Assembly (NCBI GenBank): GCA_963735925.1 | Contig: CAVTMT010000003.1 | Span: 1,767,463 to 1,831,462 of the forward strand | Length of the DNA: 64,000 nucleotides | From: an uncultured bacterium | GTDB taxonomy: Bacteria > Verrucomicrobiota > Verrucomicrobiia > Limisphaerales > J093 | Direction: 5' to 3' | Shown: positions 1-8,169 of the stretch, one piece after another | Layout of the letters: the number at the start of each line of letters is the position of its first letter | How positions within the stretch are numbered: position 1 is the first letter of the stretch | Made by a program: the position numbers and the translations under genes | The notes under the pieces: model-generated | Database searches by the model: none | What the model saw: the letters and a program-made list of their open reading frames with translations, nothing else | What the model was told of the DNA's origin: nothing

Positions 1-2
1 GG

Positions 3-89
3 ATCGAGGCCAAGGTCCTGCTCCGGGCGGTGAAACTCTATCTTGCCAGGCGTCTGGATGTGTACTGGGGAGTAGTGAAGGAAGTCTGA
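3..89 (+). CDS. possible 3' end of a CDS entering from upstream of the window (…IEAKVLLRAVKLYLARRLDVYWGVVKEV*)
   Basis: Frame 3 is open from the window edge to TGA at 87-89. Only 29 codons are visible and no family is recognisable. Confidence 0.2.
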   Translation: MEAKVLLRAVKLYLARRLDVYWGVVKEV

Positions 90-159
90 GCCGCAGTGCC
101 GGCGGCTGCAAACCTGACGCGCCGTGCTCGAAACGCCCGGTCCGGTCCGCCGGGGGAAC

Positions 160-870
160 TCAACCCGGGCGGGCGTTGCCGCGTTGGCGCGCCCGCCAGG
201 CCACCCCTGCCCCCACCAACGCCAACACACCCAAGCTGGCACCGGGCTCCGGCACAGGGGCGTAAGTCAGATCATCGAGGTTGAACGAACTGCCGTTGGG
301 CAGGACTCCCGAGCCGATGGTGGCGGTGGAAAACGGCGTGTCGGAAATGAGCCCGGCAAAAAAGAAGGTGCCAAAATCGTAAACGGGGCCGCCGGTGGTG
401 GCCGTCCCGACCGGTGTCGCCACCCTCAGGTCGCCGGTGGTGGGCGTCAGGTTCGCGTTGAAGAACACGCCGAAGGCTCGAACGGGCGTCGCAAACGTGA
501 TCGTGAGCTGGTCGCGATCGAAGAAGTAATCCGGGGTCAGGGGATCATTGTCCCGGTCCAGGGCGAGGCTCTGGGCGTCGAGCTTGTTGTAGGTGTTATC
601 GATTCGGCCCAGCGTGCCGGCGGGGAAACTGTCGTATCGGATGCCGTTGAGCACCGTCCCGGCCACAATGGTGGAGTTCGGCCCATAGGACTCGTAATTC
701 ACGACGACCTTGGGCATTGACCCGAGATCGGTACCGAAGGCCGCCGAACTTGTGTACAGGAGAACCGCCGCAGAGGCAGGCGCCGTCGCGATCAAGAGTG
801 CCGGGAAGATTCCGGCGAGCCGGGAGAAGCCCTGGCCGGGCAGTGGCGGGGTCGTGCGGTTGCTTTTCAT
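160..870 (-). CDS. PEP-CTERM sorting-domain secreted protein
   Basis: N-terminal signal peptide (MKSNRTTPPLPGQGFSRLAGIFPALLIATAPASA). The C-terminus has VPEPGASLGVLALVGAGVAWRARQRGN, i.e. a PEP motif, a TM helix and an Arg cluster, which is the PEP-CTERM exosortase signal. The body is Gly/Thr/Asn-rich. Confidence 0.8.
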   Translation of the reverse strand: MKSNRTTPPLPGQGFSRLAGIFPALLIATAPASAAVLLYTSSAAFGTDLGSMPKVVVNYESYGPNSTIVAGTVLNGIRYDSFPAGTLGRIDNTYNKLDAQSLALDRDNDPLTPDYFFDRDQLTITFATPVRAFGVFFNANLTPTTGDLRVATPVGTATTGGPVYDFGTFFFAGLISDTPFSTATIGSGVLPNGSSFNLDDLTYAPVPEPGASLGVLALVGAGVAWRARQRGNARPG

Positions 871-1028
871 GGGAAATTCGACTTACACCATTCACCCTAC
901 GTGATGGCATTGAGTACTCCGGATGGCCCGATCTGTCAACCAGCCTGTCCGCCCTGTCCGCCCGTGTCAGCCGGTATTGGGCCGCCGGTCTGGCTCGCGT
1001 CGGGCCGAAAGCCGCGGGTACGACAGGT

Positions 1029-1049
1029 CCGGAAACGGGCCGTTTTCGG
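1029..1049. promoter_or_regulatory. 8-bp-stem inverted repeat (CCGGAAAC-GGGCC-GTTTTCGG) in the divergent promoter region between the PEP-CTERM gene and the first glycosidase
   Basis: Near-perfect palindrome read directly in the 216-bp divergent intergenic region (one G·T position). No T-tract follows it, so an operator is more likely than a terminator. Confidence 0.25.
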
Positions 1050-1086
1050 TCTTGCGAGGGGGGAAAGCGGTTTCTAAGTTGCGCAG

Positions 1087-2301
1087 ATGACGCGTCCACC
1101 GCCGCTCCTGCGTGCCGCAGCCACCAGGCGCTGGGTCGCCTTCGCCACCCTCACGCTGGGCGTTTGGGTCCTCGCGACGGGAGTTCTGGCCGGGCCGGTC
1201 GGCGGCATCAGCTACACCAACGTCCATGTGGCCAGAGTGCCATGGTCGATCCACATCGTGAGATTCGACCGCCAGGATCCGACGTTCCAGCTCCATTCGG
1301 CGCACGCGGAAGGGAAGGCCGTGGGGTTGGACTCGCTGGTGGCGCAAGTCCGGCGACTCGATCCCAGACTCGGCGTGCCAATGGCCGCGATTAACGGCGA
1401 CTTTTACCAGCGCGACCGGGCGTATGCGGGCGACCCGCGCGGACTGCAGATCGTGGACGGAGAGTTGATCAGTGCCCCCGCGGGGGGCGTCGCGTTCTGG
1501 GTCGGTCGGAACGGAAGACCCAACATCGCGAACGTCGCGCCGCGGTTCCAGATTGTCTGGCCGGACAACACGACGAGCCCCTTCGAGCTCAACCGGGAGC
1601 GGCCCGTGGACGGGGCCGTGCTCTACACGCCGGCGATCGGCGAATCCACGCGCACCGGCAGCGGACGCGAGTTGATTCTCGAATCCGTCCCCGGCGCGGT
1701 CTGGCTTCCGCTTCGCATCGGAGAAACCTACCCGGCCCGCGTCCAAGTGGTGCGGGACCAGGGCGACACGCCCCTGACGCCCGACACGCTGGTGCTCTCG
1801 ATCGGCCCCGGGCTCCTGGCGACTCTACCCCGAATTGCCGTCGGAGCCGAGCTGCAAATCCGAACCGCCTGCCTGCCGGACCTGCGCGGAGCGACCACGG
1901 CCCTGGGCGGCGGACCGGTCCTGGTCCGACACGGGCGCCGGCAGCAGATCGAACCGCCCTCGCTGGATTCGTATGCCTCCAGTTCCATGCTCGAACGCCA
2001 CCCGCGCGGCGCCCTCGGCTGGAACGACCGGCAGTTCTTTCTCGTGGAAGTGGACGGCCGTCAGCCCGGTCTGTCGGTCGGCATGACCTTGGAGGAATTG
2101 GCGGCCTATCTCACGGAACTGGGGTGCGAGGAAGCGATGAATCTCGACGGCGGCGGCTCGGCAACCCTCTGGTTCGAAGGCCAGGTGCGGAACCGGCCTT
2201 GCGACGGCCAGGACCGCCCGATCGCGAACTCGTTGATCGTGGTCCGGAATGACGGCGCGCACGCACCGACCCCGACCCGCGCCGGACAGGCGGCCAGATG
2301 A
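1087..2301 (+). CDS. phosphodiester glycosidase family protein (NAGPA / 'uncovering enzyme'-like domain), secreted
   Basis: N-terminal TM/signal (WVAFATLTLGVWVLATGVLA). Family motifs AAINGDFY and NLDGGGSATLWFEG. It is a paralog of the next gene. Confidence 0.8.
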   Translation: MTRPPPLLRAAATRRWVAFATLTLGVWVLATGVLAGPVGGISYTNVHVARVPWSIHIVRFDRQDPTFQLHSAHAEGKAVGLDSLVAQVRRLDPRLGVPMAAINGDFYQRDRAYAGDPRGLQIVDGELISAPAGGVAFWVGRNGRPNIANVAPRFQIVWPDNTTSPFELNRERPVDGAVLYTPAIGESTRTGSGRELILESVPGAVWLPLRIGETYPARVQVVRDQGDTPLTPDTLVLSIGPGLLATLPRIAVGAELQIRTACLPDLRGATTALGGGPVLVRHGRRQQIEPPSLDSYASSSMLERHPRGALGWNDRQFFLVEVDGRQPGLSVGMTLEELAAYLTELGCEEAMNLDGGGSATLWFEGQVRNRPCDGQDRPIANSLIVVRNDGAHAPTPTRAGQAAR

Positions 2302-2561
2302 GACGAGTGGCCCTCCAAGCCTCTGCCGGTGACGGAACGCGGGTTGCCGAGTGCCGGTGGATTCCGGTGACCACGTCGAAACCGCATCCGCGCCCGATCC
2401 CGGATCGCGCTCCGCGGCGGGCTGCCCATGGGCCTGACCGGGCCGAGCGGCCGCTCGACCCGGATGCCAGGCCGGCGCAGCAACGCCATCCTGCCGGGTT
2501 CAGAATAGGCGGGCACGTTCGACAGCGACGTGCGGCTTTCCTATCACCGACCGGATGCCCC

Positions 2562-3734
2562 GTGTGGACGGATGGACCCACTTCAACTCCGCGTCGCCGA
2601 GCCCGCCGGTCCAGCCGGTTTCCGGTTTGGGGCTGGTTATGGCTGTTGGTGGCGTTGACCGCCACGGCGACGGCCGCGCCGAAGCGTGGCAACGGCCGCG
2701 GGTTCGACTACCTAAACGACAAGGATCCCAGCGTTCCGTGGTCGGTTCACGTGCTCAAGGTCGATCGCTCCCGCCGCGACTTCGAACTCTGCACCACGCT
2801 GGGGCGGTCGAACACATTCGGGATGGCGCTCGTGTCCGAGCAGGTGAAGGCATTGCCACCGGACAGCGGAGAGCCGATCGCCGCTGTGAACGGCGATTTC
2901 TACGGCAACAGCGAGCATTACCAGGGCCGTCCGCGCGATCTCCAAATCTCCCGCGGCGAACTGGTCACCAACCCGGGCGGTCACACCTGTTTCTGGATCG
3001 ATGCCGCCGGGAACCCCGGCATGACCAACCTCGAATCGCGGTTCCGTGTCGTCTGGCCGGACGGCAGCGCCACCCCATTCGACCTCAACGAAGAGCGCGG
3101 CCCGGAGGCCGCCGTGCTTTACACCGGGGTGGTCGGCCCTTCGACGCGGACTGCCGGCGGTTGGGAATTCGTGCTTGAACGCGGCACGAACTCCGCCTGG
3201 TTGCCGCTTCAAGTCGGACGAACCTACTCGGCCCGCGTCCGTGCGGTTCGTCACGAAGGCGACAGCCCGCTTGGCCCGGAAGTCGTGGTGCTCTCCATCG
3301 GCAGCGGCCTGACTTCCCGGCTTCCGCCGGTGAGCGTCGGAACCCTGCTCCAGCTCGTCACCGAGACCGTTCCCGACCTTGCCGGCGCCAAGATGGCGAT
3401 CGGCGGCGGCCCCCGGTTGGTGGAGAACGGCAAGCCGATGCAGTGGTCCGGCCTGCAGTTCCGCCATCCGCGCACGGCCGTCGGCTGGAACCAGGAGACG
3501 CTCTTCCTCGTCGAAGTGGACGGGCGGCAAAGCAGTCTGTCTTTGGGCATGAGCTTTCCCGAACTGGCGGCCTACCTGGTCAAGCTCGGCTGCGACCAGG
3601 CCATGAACCTGGATGGCGGCGGTTCCTCGACCTTTTGGATGCTGGGCGGAGTGGTCAACAGTCCTTCCGAAGGCCACGAACGACCCGCCGCCAACGCGCT
3701 GGTCCTGGTGGAGAAGCGGGCGCCCAAGAACTGA
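2562..3734 (+). CDS. phosphodiester glycosidase family protein (NAGPA-like), tandem paralog
   Basis: Motifs AAVNGDFYGN and MNLDGGGSSTFWMLGG, about 50 % identical to the upstream paralog over the core. The start is set at in-frame GTG 2562, which gives a signal peptide (RRRARRSSRFPVWGWLWLLVALTATATAAP). The ORF is open from 2298, so the start is uncertain. Confidence 0.72.
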   Translation: MWTDGPTSTPRRRARRSSRFPVWGWLWLLVALTATATAAPKRGNGRGFDYLNDKDPSVPWSVHVLKVDRSRRDFELCTTLGRSNTFGMALVSEQVKALPPDSGEPIAAVNGDFYGNSEHYQGRPRDLQISRGELVTNPGGHTCFWIDAAGNPGMTNLESRFRVVWPDGSATPFDLNEERGPEAAVLYTGVVGPSTRTAGGWEFVLERGTNSAWLPLQVGRTYSARVRAVRHEGDSPLGPEVVVLSIGSGLTSRLPPVSVGTLLQLVTETVPDLAGAKMAIGGGPRLVENGKPMQWSGLQFRHPRTAVGWNQETLFLVEVDGRQSSLSLGMSFPELAAYLVKLGCDQAMNLDGGGSSTFWMLGGVVNSPSEGHERPAANALVLVEKRAPKN

Positions 3735-3754
3735 TCCGGCCGCGGCCGGTCCCG

Positions 3755-5413
3755 ATGCGGTTCCCCTTGCCAAAATGCTGCGCCGGGCCGCCATTCCGTT
3801 GCGGCGCGGCCCTGTTCGCCGCCGGCCTCCTGGTCGGCTGGACGGCCCCGCCGCCGCTCCGTTCCCCTGCCTTGCCGCTTCGTCCAAACCTGCCCGGAGC
3901 AGAACTGTTCATGGACGGGGCGGTTCAGGACATCGTCATCGAGATCGCACCGCGCGAGGTCGAGTCGCTTCGCCAAAGGCCGCGGGAATATGTGTCCGTC
4001 ACGCTCCGCAGCGGGCCGCTGACGCTGCCCCGCGTGGCGCTGCGGCTCAAAGGATCGAGCGGCAGCTTTCGCGCCGTGGACGACCAACCGGCCCTGACGG
4101 TGGACTTTTCGCGATTCAGTGCCGGCCAGCGGTTCCACGGACTGCGGCGCCTTTACCTCAACAACTCGGTCGAGGACCCGGGCTACCTCAACGAGCAGCT
4201 CGGGGCCGGACTGTTCCACGAGGCCGGATTGCCCGCGCCGCGCATCAGTCACGCGCGGGTGCACTTGAACGGGCGGAATCTGGGGCTCTACGTGCTCAAA
4301 GAAGGATTCACCGAGGACTTCCTCGGCGGCAGCTTTCAGCGGACGGATGGGAACCTTTACGACAACGACTCGGGCCATGACGTGGACCAGGTCATGCACC
4401 GCAATTTGGGCCGCCATTCCCGGGGCGACCAGTCCGATGTCATCGCTTTGGCCGAGGCCGCGCGTGAGCCTGATTTCGACCAGCGCTGGCAACGGCTGGG
4501 ACAGGTGCTCGATCGCGAGCGCTTCATCACGTTCATGGCCTTGGAAGTCCTCCTGGTTCACCGGGACGGCTACTGCCTGGCACGAAATAATTTCCGCATT
4601 TACCACGACCCGGACAGCGATCGGCTGGTCTTCCTCCCTGACGGGATGGACCAGTTGCTGGGCCTGGCGAGCTTTCCTTGGAAACCGCGCTTCGCGGGCA
4701 TCGTGGCCGCGAGCCTGATGGAAACACCCGCCGGCCGGGAACAGTACGGCGAACGTTTTGCCAGCCTGCTCCGCACGGTCTTTCGACCGGAACCCCTCGG
4801 CCATCGCGTCGATCAGTGGGTGAGCGCATTGCGCCCCAACCTGTCTGCGGACGAGTTCCGCGGCTTGAACCGCGAGGCCGGCGCGCTCAAGCAACGCATC
4901 GCCGACCGACACGCCGATCTGCAGCGGCAACTGAATGCGCCCGAACCCGGACCGCTCGAGTTCACGAACGGAGCCGCCCGGGTCACTGGTTGGTTCAAAG
5001 TGGACGAGCCGGCTGGTGGCCGGTTGGACCGCGCGAGTGCTCCGGACGGCGTGCCTTCGCTGCATTTCGTGGCCGGCCCGGTGACGCGCGCATCGTGGCG
5101 GGCGAAGGTGTGGCTCCGCCCCGGGCGGTACCGCTTCGTCGGCCGCGGCACCGCGGCCGGGGTGACCCCCCTGCCCTTCGGTCGATTCCAGGGCGCCGGC
5201 CTGCGCGTCGGCGGCCGCACCCGCACCGAAACGGGGCTGCTCGGAACTTCGCACTGGCAACCGTTGGCAACGGAGTTTGAGGTCGTCGCGGCCCATGAGG
5301 AAATCGAGTTGCTCTGCGAACTGTCCGCCAACGGCGGCGAGTTCTGGGTGGACCTGGATTCGCTTCAGGTCGTGGAAGTCCAGGCGACCGCGCCCTCGAA
5401 ACCGGCCGGGTAA
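3755..5413 (+). CDS. CotH family protein (spore-coat protein H-like atypical kinase fold), secreted
   Basis: ATG at 3755 gives a signal peptide (MRFPLPKCCAGPPFRCGAALFAAGLLVGW). CotH-like blocks are present (LRLKGSSGSFR, ALTVDF, RRLYLNNSVEDPGYLNEQLG, NLYDND…). The upstream 312 nt of the ORF are treated as non-coding. Confidence 0.78.
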   Translation: MRFPLPKCCAGPPFRCGAALFAAGLLVGWTAPPPLRSPALPLRPNLPGAELFMDGAVQDIVIEIAPREVESLRQRPREYVSVTLRSGPLTLPRVALRLKGSSGSFRAVDDQPALTVDFSRFSAGQRFHGLRRLYLNNSVEDPGYLNEQLGAGLFHEAGLPAPRISHARVHLNGRNLGLYVLKEGFTEDFLGGSFQRTDGNLYDNDSGHDVDQVMHRNLGRHSRGDQSDVIALAEAAREPDFDQRWQRLGQVLDRERFITFMALEVLLVHRDGYCLARNNFRIYHDPDSDRLVFLPDGMDQLLGLASFPWKPRFAGIVAASLMETPAGREQYGERFASLLRTVFRPEPLGHRVDQWVSALRPNLSADEFRGLNREAGALKQRIADRHADLQRQLNAPEPGPLEFTNGAARVTGWFKVDEPAGGRLDRASAPDGVPSLHFVAGPVTRASWRAKVWLRPGRYRFVGRGTAAGVTPLPFGRFQGAGLRVGGRTRTETGLLGTSHWQPLATEFEVVAAHEEIELLCELSANGGEFWVDLDSLQVVEVQATAPSKPAG

Positions 5414-5863
5414 CCAACGCGCAGAACCCGGTTGCGTTCCCCCGGCCCGGAGCGGGCTTGACCGGGCGCCCACTGGATCGAGTCTGGCGCCAGGCCGCGT
5501 TTGCCGGCACGGTGGGGTTGCGGGTGGATGCTCTTCACCGACGGAGCCGGTGCCCGTAAACCGTTGATCGTCTGTTGGCTGCTTGCGGGCCGACCGGGAG
5601 ACCCGGTTTGCAGGAGTGCGCCGCCGCCGCGGTGGCGGCGCAAGGCGGTGCGACGGCGCCGCCACCACCGATACCGGACATCACCCGACCTCGGGGGCTC
5701 GCCCGGGGTCTGCCTTGTCAGGGCGGCATGGCGCGTGCTAAGCAAAGGCTGTCGTGCAGCCAAAACGGAATTCGCTCTCCTGGTCTCCAGAACCTCATCG
5801 CCGCGCCGGGCGGGATGCCGGCGGCCCAGACCGGAGGCGGAGTGGGGGATCCAGTTGCCTGTT

Positions 5864-6526
5864 ATGAAACGAATTCGAAGGTGGTCGGCCTTTACGTTGA
5901 TCGAACTGCTGGTCGTCATCGCCATCATCGCCATTCTCGCGGGATTGCTGCTTCCCGCGCTGGCACGCGCCAAGGCGCAGGCCAAAAACGTCAACTGCAT
6001 CAACAACGTCCGGCAGACCAGCCTCGGTTTCCGCCTCTGGGCGCACGACAATGCCGACAAGTATCCCTGGAACCTGAGCGTCGCGCAGGGGGGCAGCGGC
6101 GGTTCGGCCGACTGGACCGACAACTTCCGCCTGTGCTCGAACGAGTTCGCCACGCCGCTGATCCTCCATTGCCCGGCGGACCGCGCGACCAAGCCGGGCA
6201 CCAACTGGACCTTTCTCGCAGCCGACACCAGTGTGAGCTATTTCATCAGCACGAACTCCAGCGAGAACCTCCCGGAGTCGATCCTGCTGGGCGACCGAAA
6301 CGTCATCGGCGGCGGCGGCGGGCTCGATCCGTCCTGGAGTGTGTTCCTGGGCAGTTCGATCGACGCCGCGTGGGACAAGGATATCCACGTTCGCGCGGGC
6401 AATCTGGGCATGGCCGACGGCAGCACACGCTCCTGCACGACCCCGGCCTTGCGCACGTTGATCAGCGCCGAACTGGCGGCCGGGTTGACCAACGTGGTGT
6501 TCTCCAAACCGCGCGGCATTTTTTGA
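5864..6526 (+). CDS. DUF1559 (H-X9-DG) protein with prepilin-type N-terminal cleavage/methylation domain
   Basis: [51 protein letters not shown] is the canonical PVC pseudopilin-like N-terminus. The C-terminal motif is [13 protein letters not shown]. The ATG at 5864 was confirmed in sequence. Confidence 0.85.
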   Translation: MKRIRRWSAFTLIELLVVIAIIAILAGLLLPALARAKAQAKNVNCINNVRQTSLGFRLWAHDNADKYPWNLSVAQGGSGGSADWTDNFRLCSNEFATPLILHCPADRATKPGTNWTFLAADTSVSYFISTNSSENLPESILLGDRNVIGGGGGLDPSWSVFLGSSIDAAWDKDIHVRAGNLGMADGSTRSCTTPALRTLISAELAAGLTNVVFSKPRGIF

Positions 6527-6791
6527 CGACCTCACGCACCCAGGTCCGAGGCGCAAGGCCCTCAACCGACGCGTTCCCGCCCATGAACAGACGGCCAGAC
6601 GTTTGAACCGAAAACCGCAGATGCACGCCAATGAACGCAGCGAAGACCGACGCAGTAAGCATTTCGAGTGACCGGACCGGGTGCATCCCCCGGGTGAACC
6701 CACCCGCGACGGCGAACCGTTTCCTCTCTGCGTTGATCCGGGCCCATCTGCGGGCCAACTGCGCGATTTGGGTTGAACCGTTAACCCCGAC

Positions 6792-7454
6792 GTGAGGAGC
6801 AGCAAACTCATCAACGCAGTCGCCGGCCTCGCCATCGTCGGGTCCGCGGCCTGGCTCTGGGTCGCCGTGAACGGGTGGCCGCCCAGTCCTGAAGCCAGGC
6901 CGGCCGAAGCCTCCGGTTGGGGGATGGCGAAGGAAGCCCTGCGGGCGCTCAAGCCCGGCGGCCGGCTCGTCGTGATCGTCCGCGACACCGAGGCCTTCAA
7001 GCACCCCGAAACCGACCTCCAGTTGCGCAGCTTCGAGCAGGCCGTACACCAGGCCGGAGTCACCATCGGCGCCACCCGGACGCTGCAAGTCGATCCGTTG
7101 CGCGCACTGGAAGTACCCGGCGGCGATTTCTACGAGTTGATCCGCCGTGCGCCGACTGGAAGCGTGATCGTGTCGTTCATGGGACCGCCGATCTTGACCG
7201 CGGATCAGCGCGCGCGATTGAGCGATCCCAAACCTCCCATCATCGCTTTCTGCCCCGGCGCCTTGCCCCAGCAGATCGATCTCCGCGTGCTCTTCGCCGA
7301 GGGCCTGTTGCGCGCGGCTGTGATCAGCCGCGGGACGCCCGCTCGCCCCGCCACCCCGCCGAAGGACTCCAACGGCTGGTTCGACCGGTATTACCGCATC
7401 ATCACGGCCGCCGACGTCGCCAACCTGTACGAGCCGACCAGCGGCTCGCCTTGA
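6792..7454 (+). CDS. hypothetical membrane-anchored protein
   Basis: N-terminal TM (LINAVAGLAIVGSAAWLWVAV) and high GC3 coding bias. It sits 10 nt upstream of the next gene and no family is recognised. Confidence 0.55.
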   Translation: MRSSKLINAVAGLAIVGSAAWLWVAVNGWPPSPEARPAEASGWGMAKEALRALKPGGRLVVIVRDTEAFKHPETDLQLRSFEQAVHQAGVTIGATRTLQVDPLRALEVPGGDFYELIRRAPTGSVIVSFMGPPILTADQRARLSDPKPPIIAFCPGALPQQIDLRVLFAEGLLRAAVISRGTPARPATPPKDSNGWFDRYYRIITAADVANLYEPTSGSP

Positions 7455-7464
7455 ATCCGGCCCC

Positions 7465-8169
7465 ATGACCTCCCGCCACCCAGCGCGCAGTTGTCCGCCA
7501 CCCACCCGGCAGGGCGGGTTCACGTTGACCGACTTGCTGGCGACGCTCGCTGTCCTGTCGGTGGTCGGCGTGCTGATCTTCACTCCCCTGCTGGCCGCGA
7601 AGCGAAAGGCGCGGCTGGCGCAATGCACCGCCAACCTCCAACGGGTCGGCCAGGCGATCCTGACGTACGCCGCCGAGAACAACCAGACCCTGCCCGATGT
7701 CTTCCCCGATCAACGCGGCGACTTGTGGTGGTGGTACAAGGAGAAGGTCAAGGCTTACGCGGGTTTGACTGGCGCCTCCTCGGCCGCCGACCAGGTGTTT
7801 GCCTGCCCCGACGACCGCGGGTACACGGACCCCAAGCCGTTTCATGCGAACGCGCGGTTCGACTTCACGAGCTACGTGCTCAATGCCGTCAATCTGCCCG
7901 GCATGCCGAACCTCGCCGGCTGGCGGGTGTCCGCTGTGAATCAGCCGGGTCGCACGCTGCTGGTGATGGAGTGGACCGCCCACGCTCCGCTTTCCTGGCA
8001 TCGGAGCCGCACCGGCAAACGCAACCTGCCCTTCTATCGCGATGCCGAAAGCGTCGTCGGTTTCGTGGACGGACACGTGAGTTTCACCAGGATCTACTAT
8101 GACGGGTTCGACGCCGCCTTCACGCGCGACCCCATCGCCGGCTATGACTACAAGTACAGTGGAAACTAG
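7465..8169 (+). CDS. prepilin-type N-terminal methylation domain protein, DUF1559-like
   Basis: GFTLTDLLATLAVLSVVGVLI follows a cleavage-site Gly, with Asp in place of Glu at position +5. The C-terminus carries FVDGHVSF (H-X9-DG-like). Confidence 0.7.
   Translation: MTSRHPARSCPPPTRQGGFTLTDLLATLAVLSVVGVLIFTPLLAAKRKARLAQCTANLQRVGQAILTYAAENNQTLPDVFPDQRGDLWWWYKEKVKAYAGLTGASSAADQVFACPDDRGYTDPKPFHANARFDFTSYVLNAVNLPGMPNLAGWRVSAVNQPGRTLLVMEWTAHAPLSWHRSRTGKRNLPFYRDAESVVGFVDGHVSFTRIYYDGFDAAFTRDPIAGYDYKYSGN

Noticed and set aside
2712-5668. Minus-strand ORFs 2712..3887 (391 aa) and 3572..5668 (698 aa)
   Set aside because: They are antisense to the second NAGPA glycosidase and the CotH gene, which have clear family motifs and signal peptides. 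The minus-strand translations are low complexity.
5414-5863. 450-bp gap between the CotH gene and the DUF1559 gene, examined for an unannotated gene or RNA
   Set aside because: No ORF has coding-like codon bias, and only weak 4-bp stems were found. It is left as an intergenic/promoter region.
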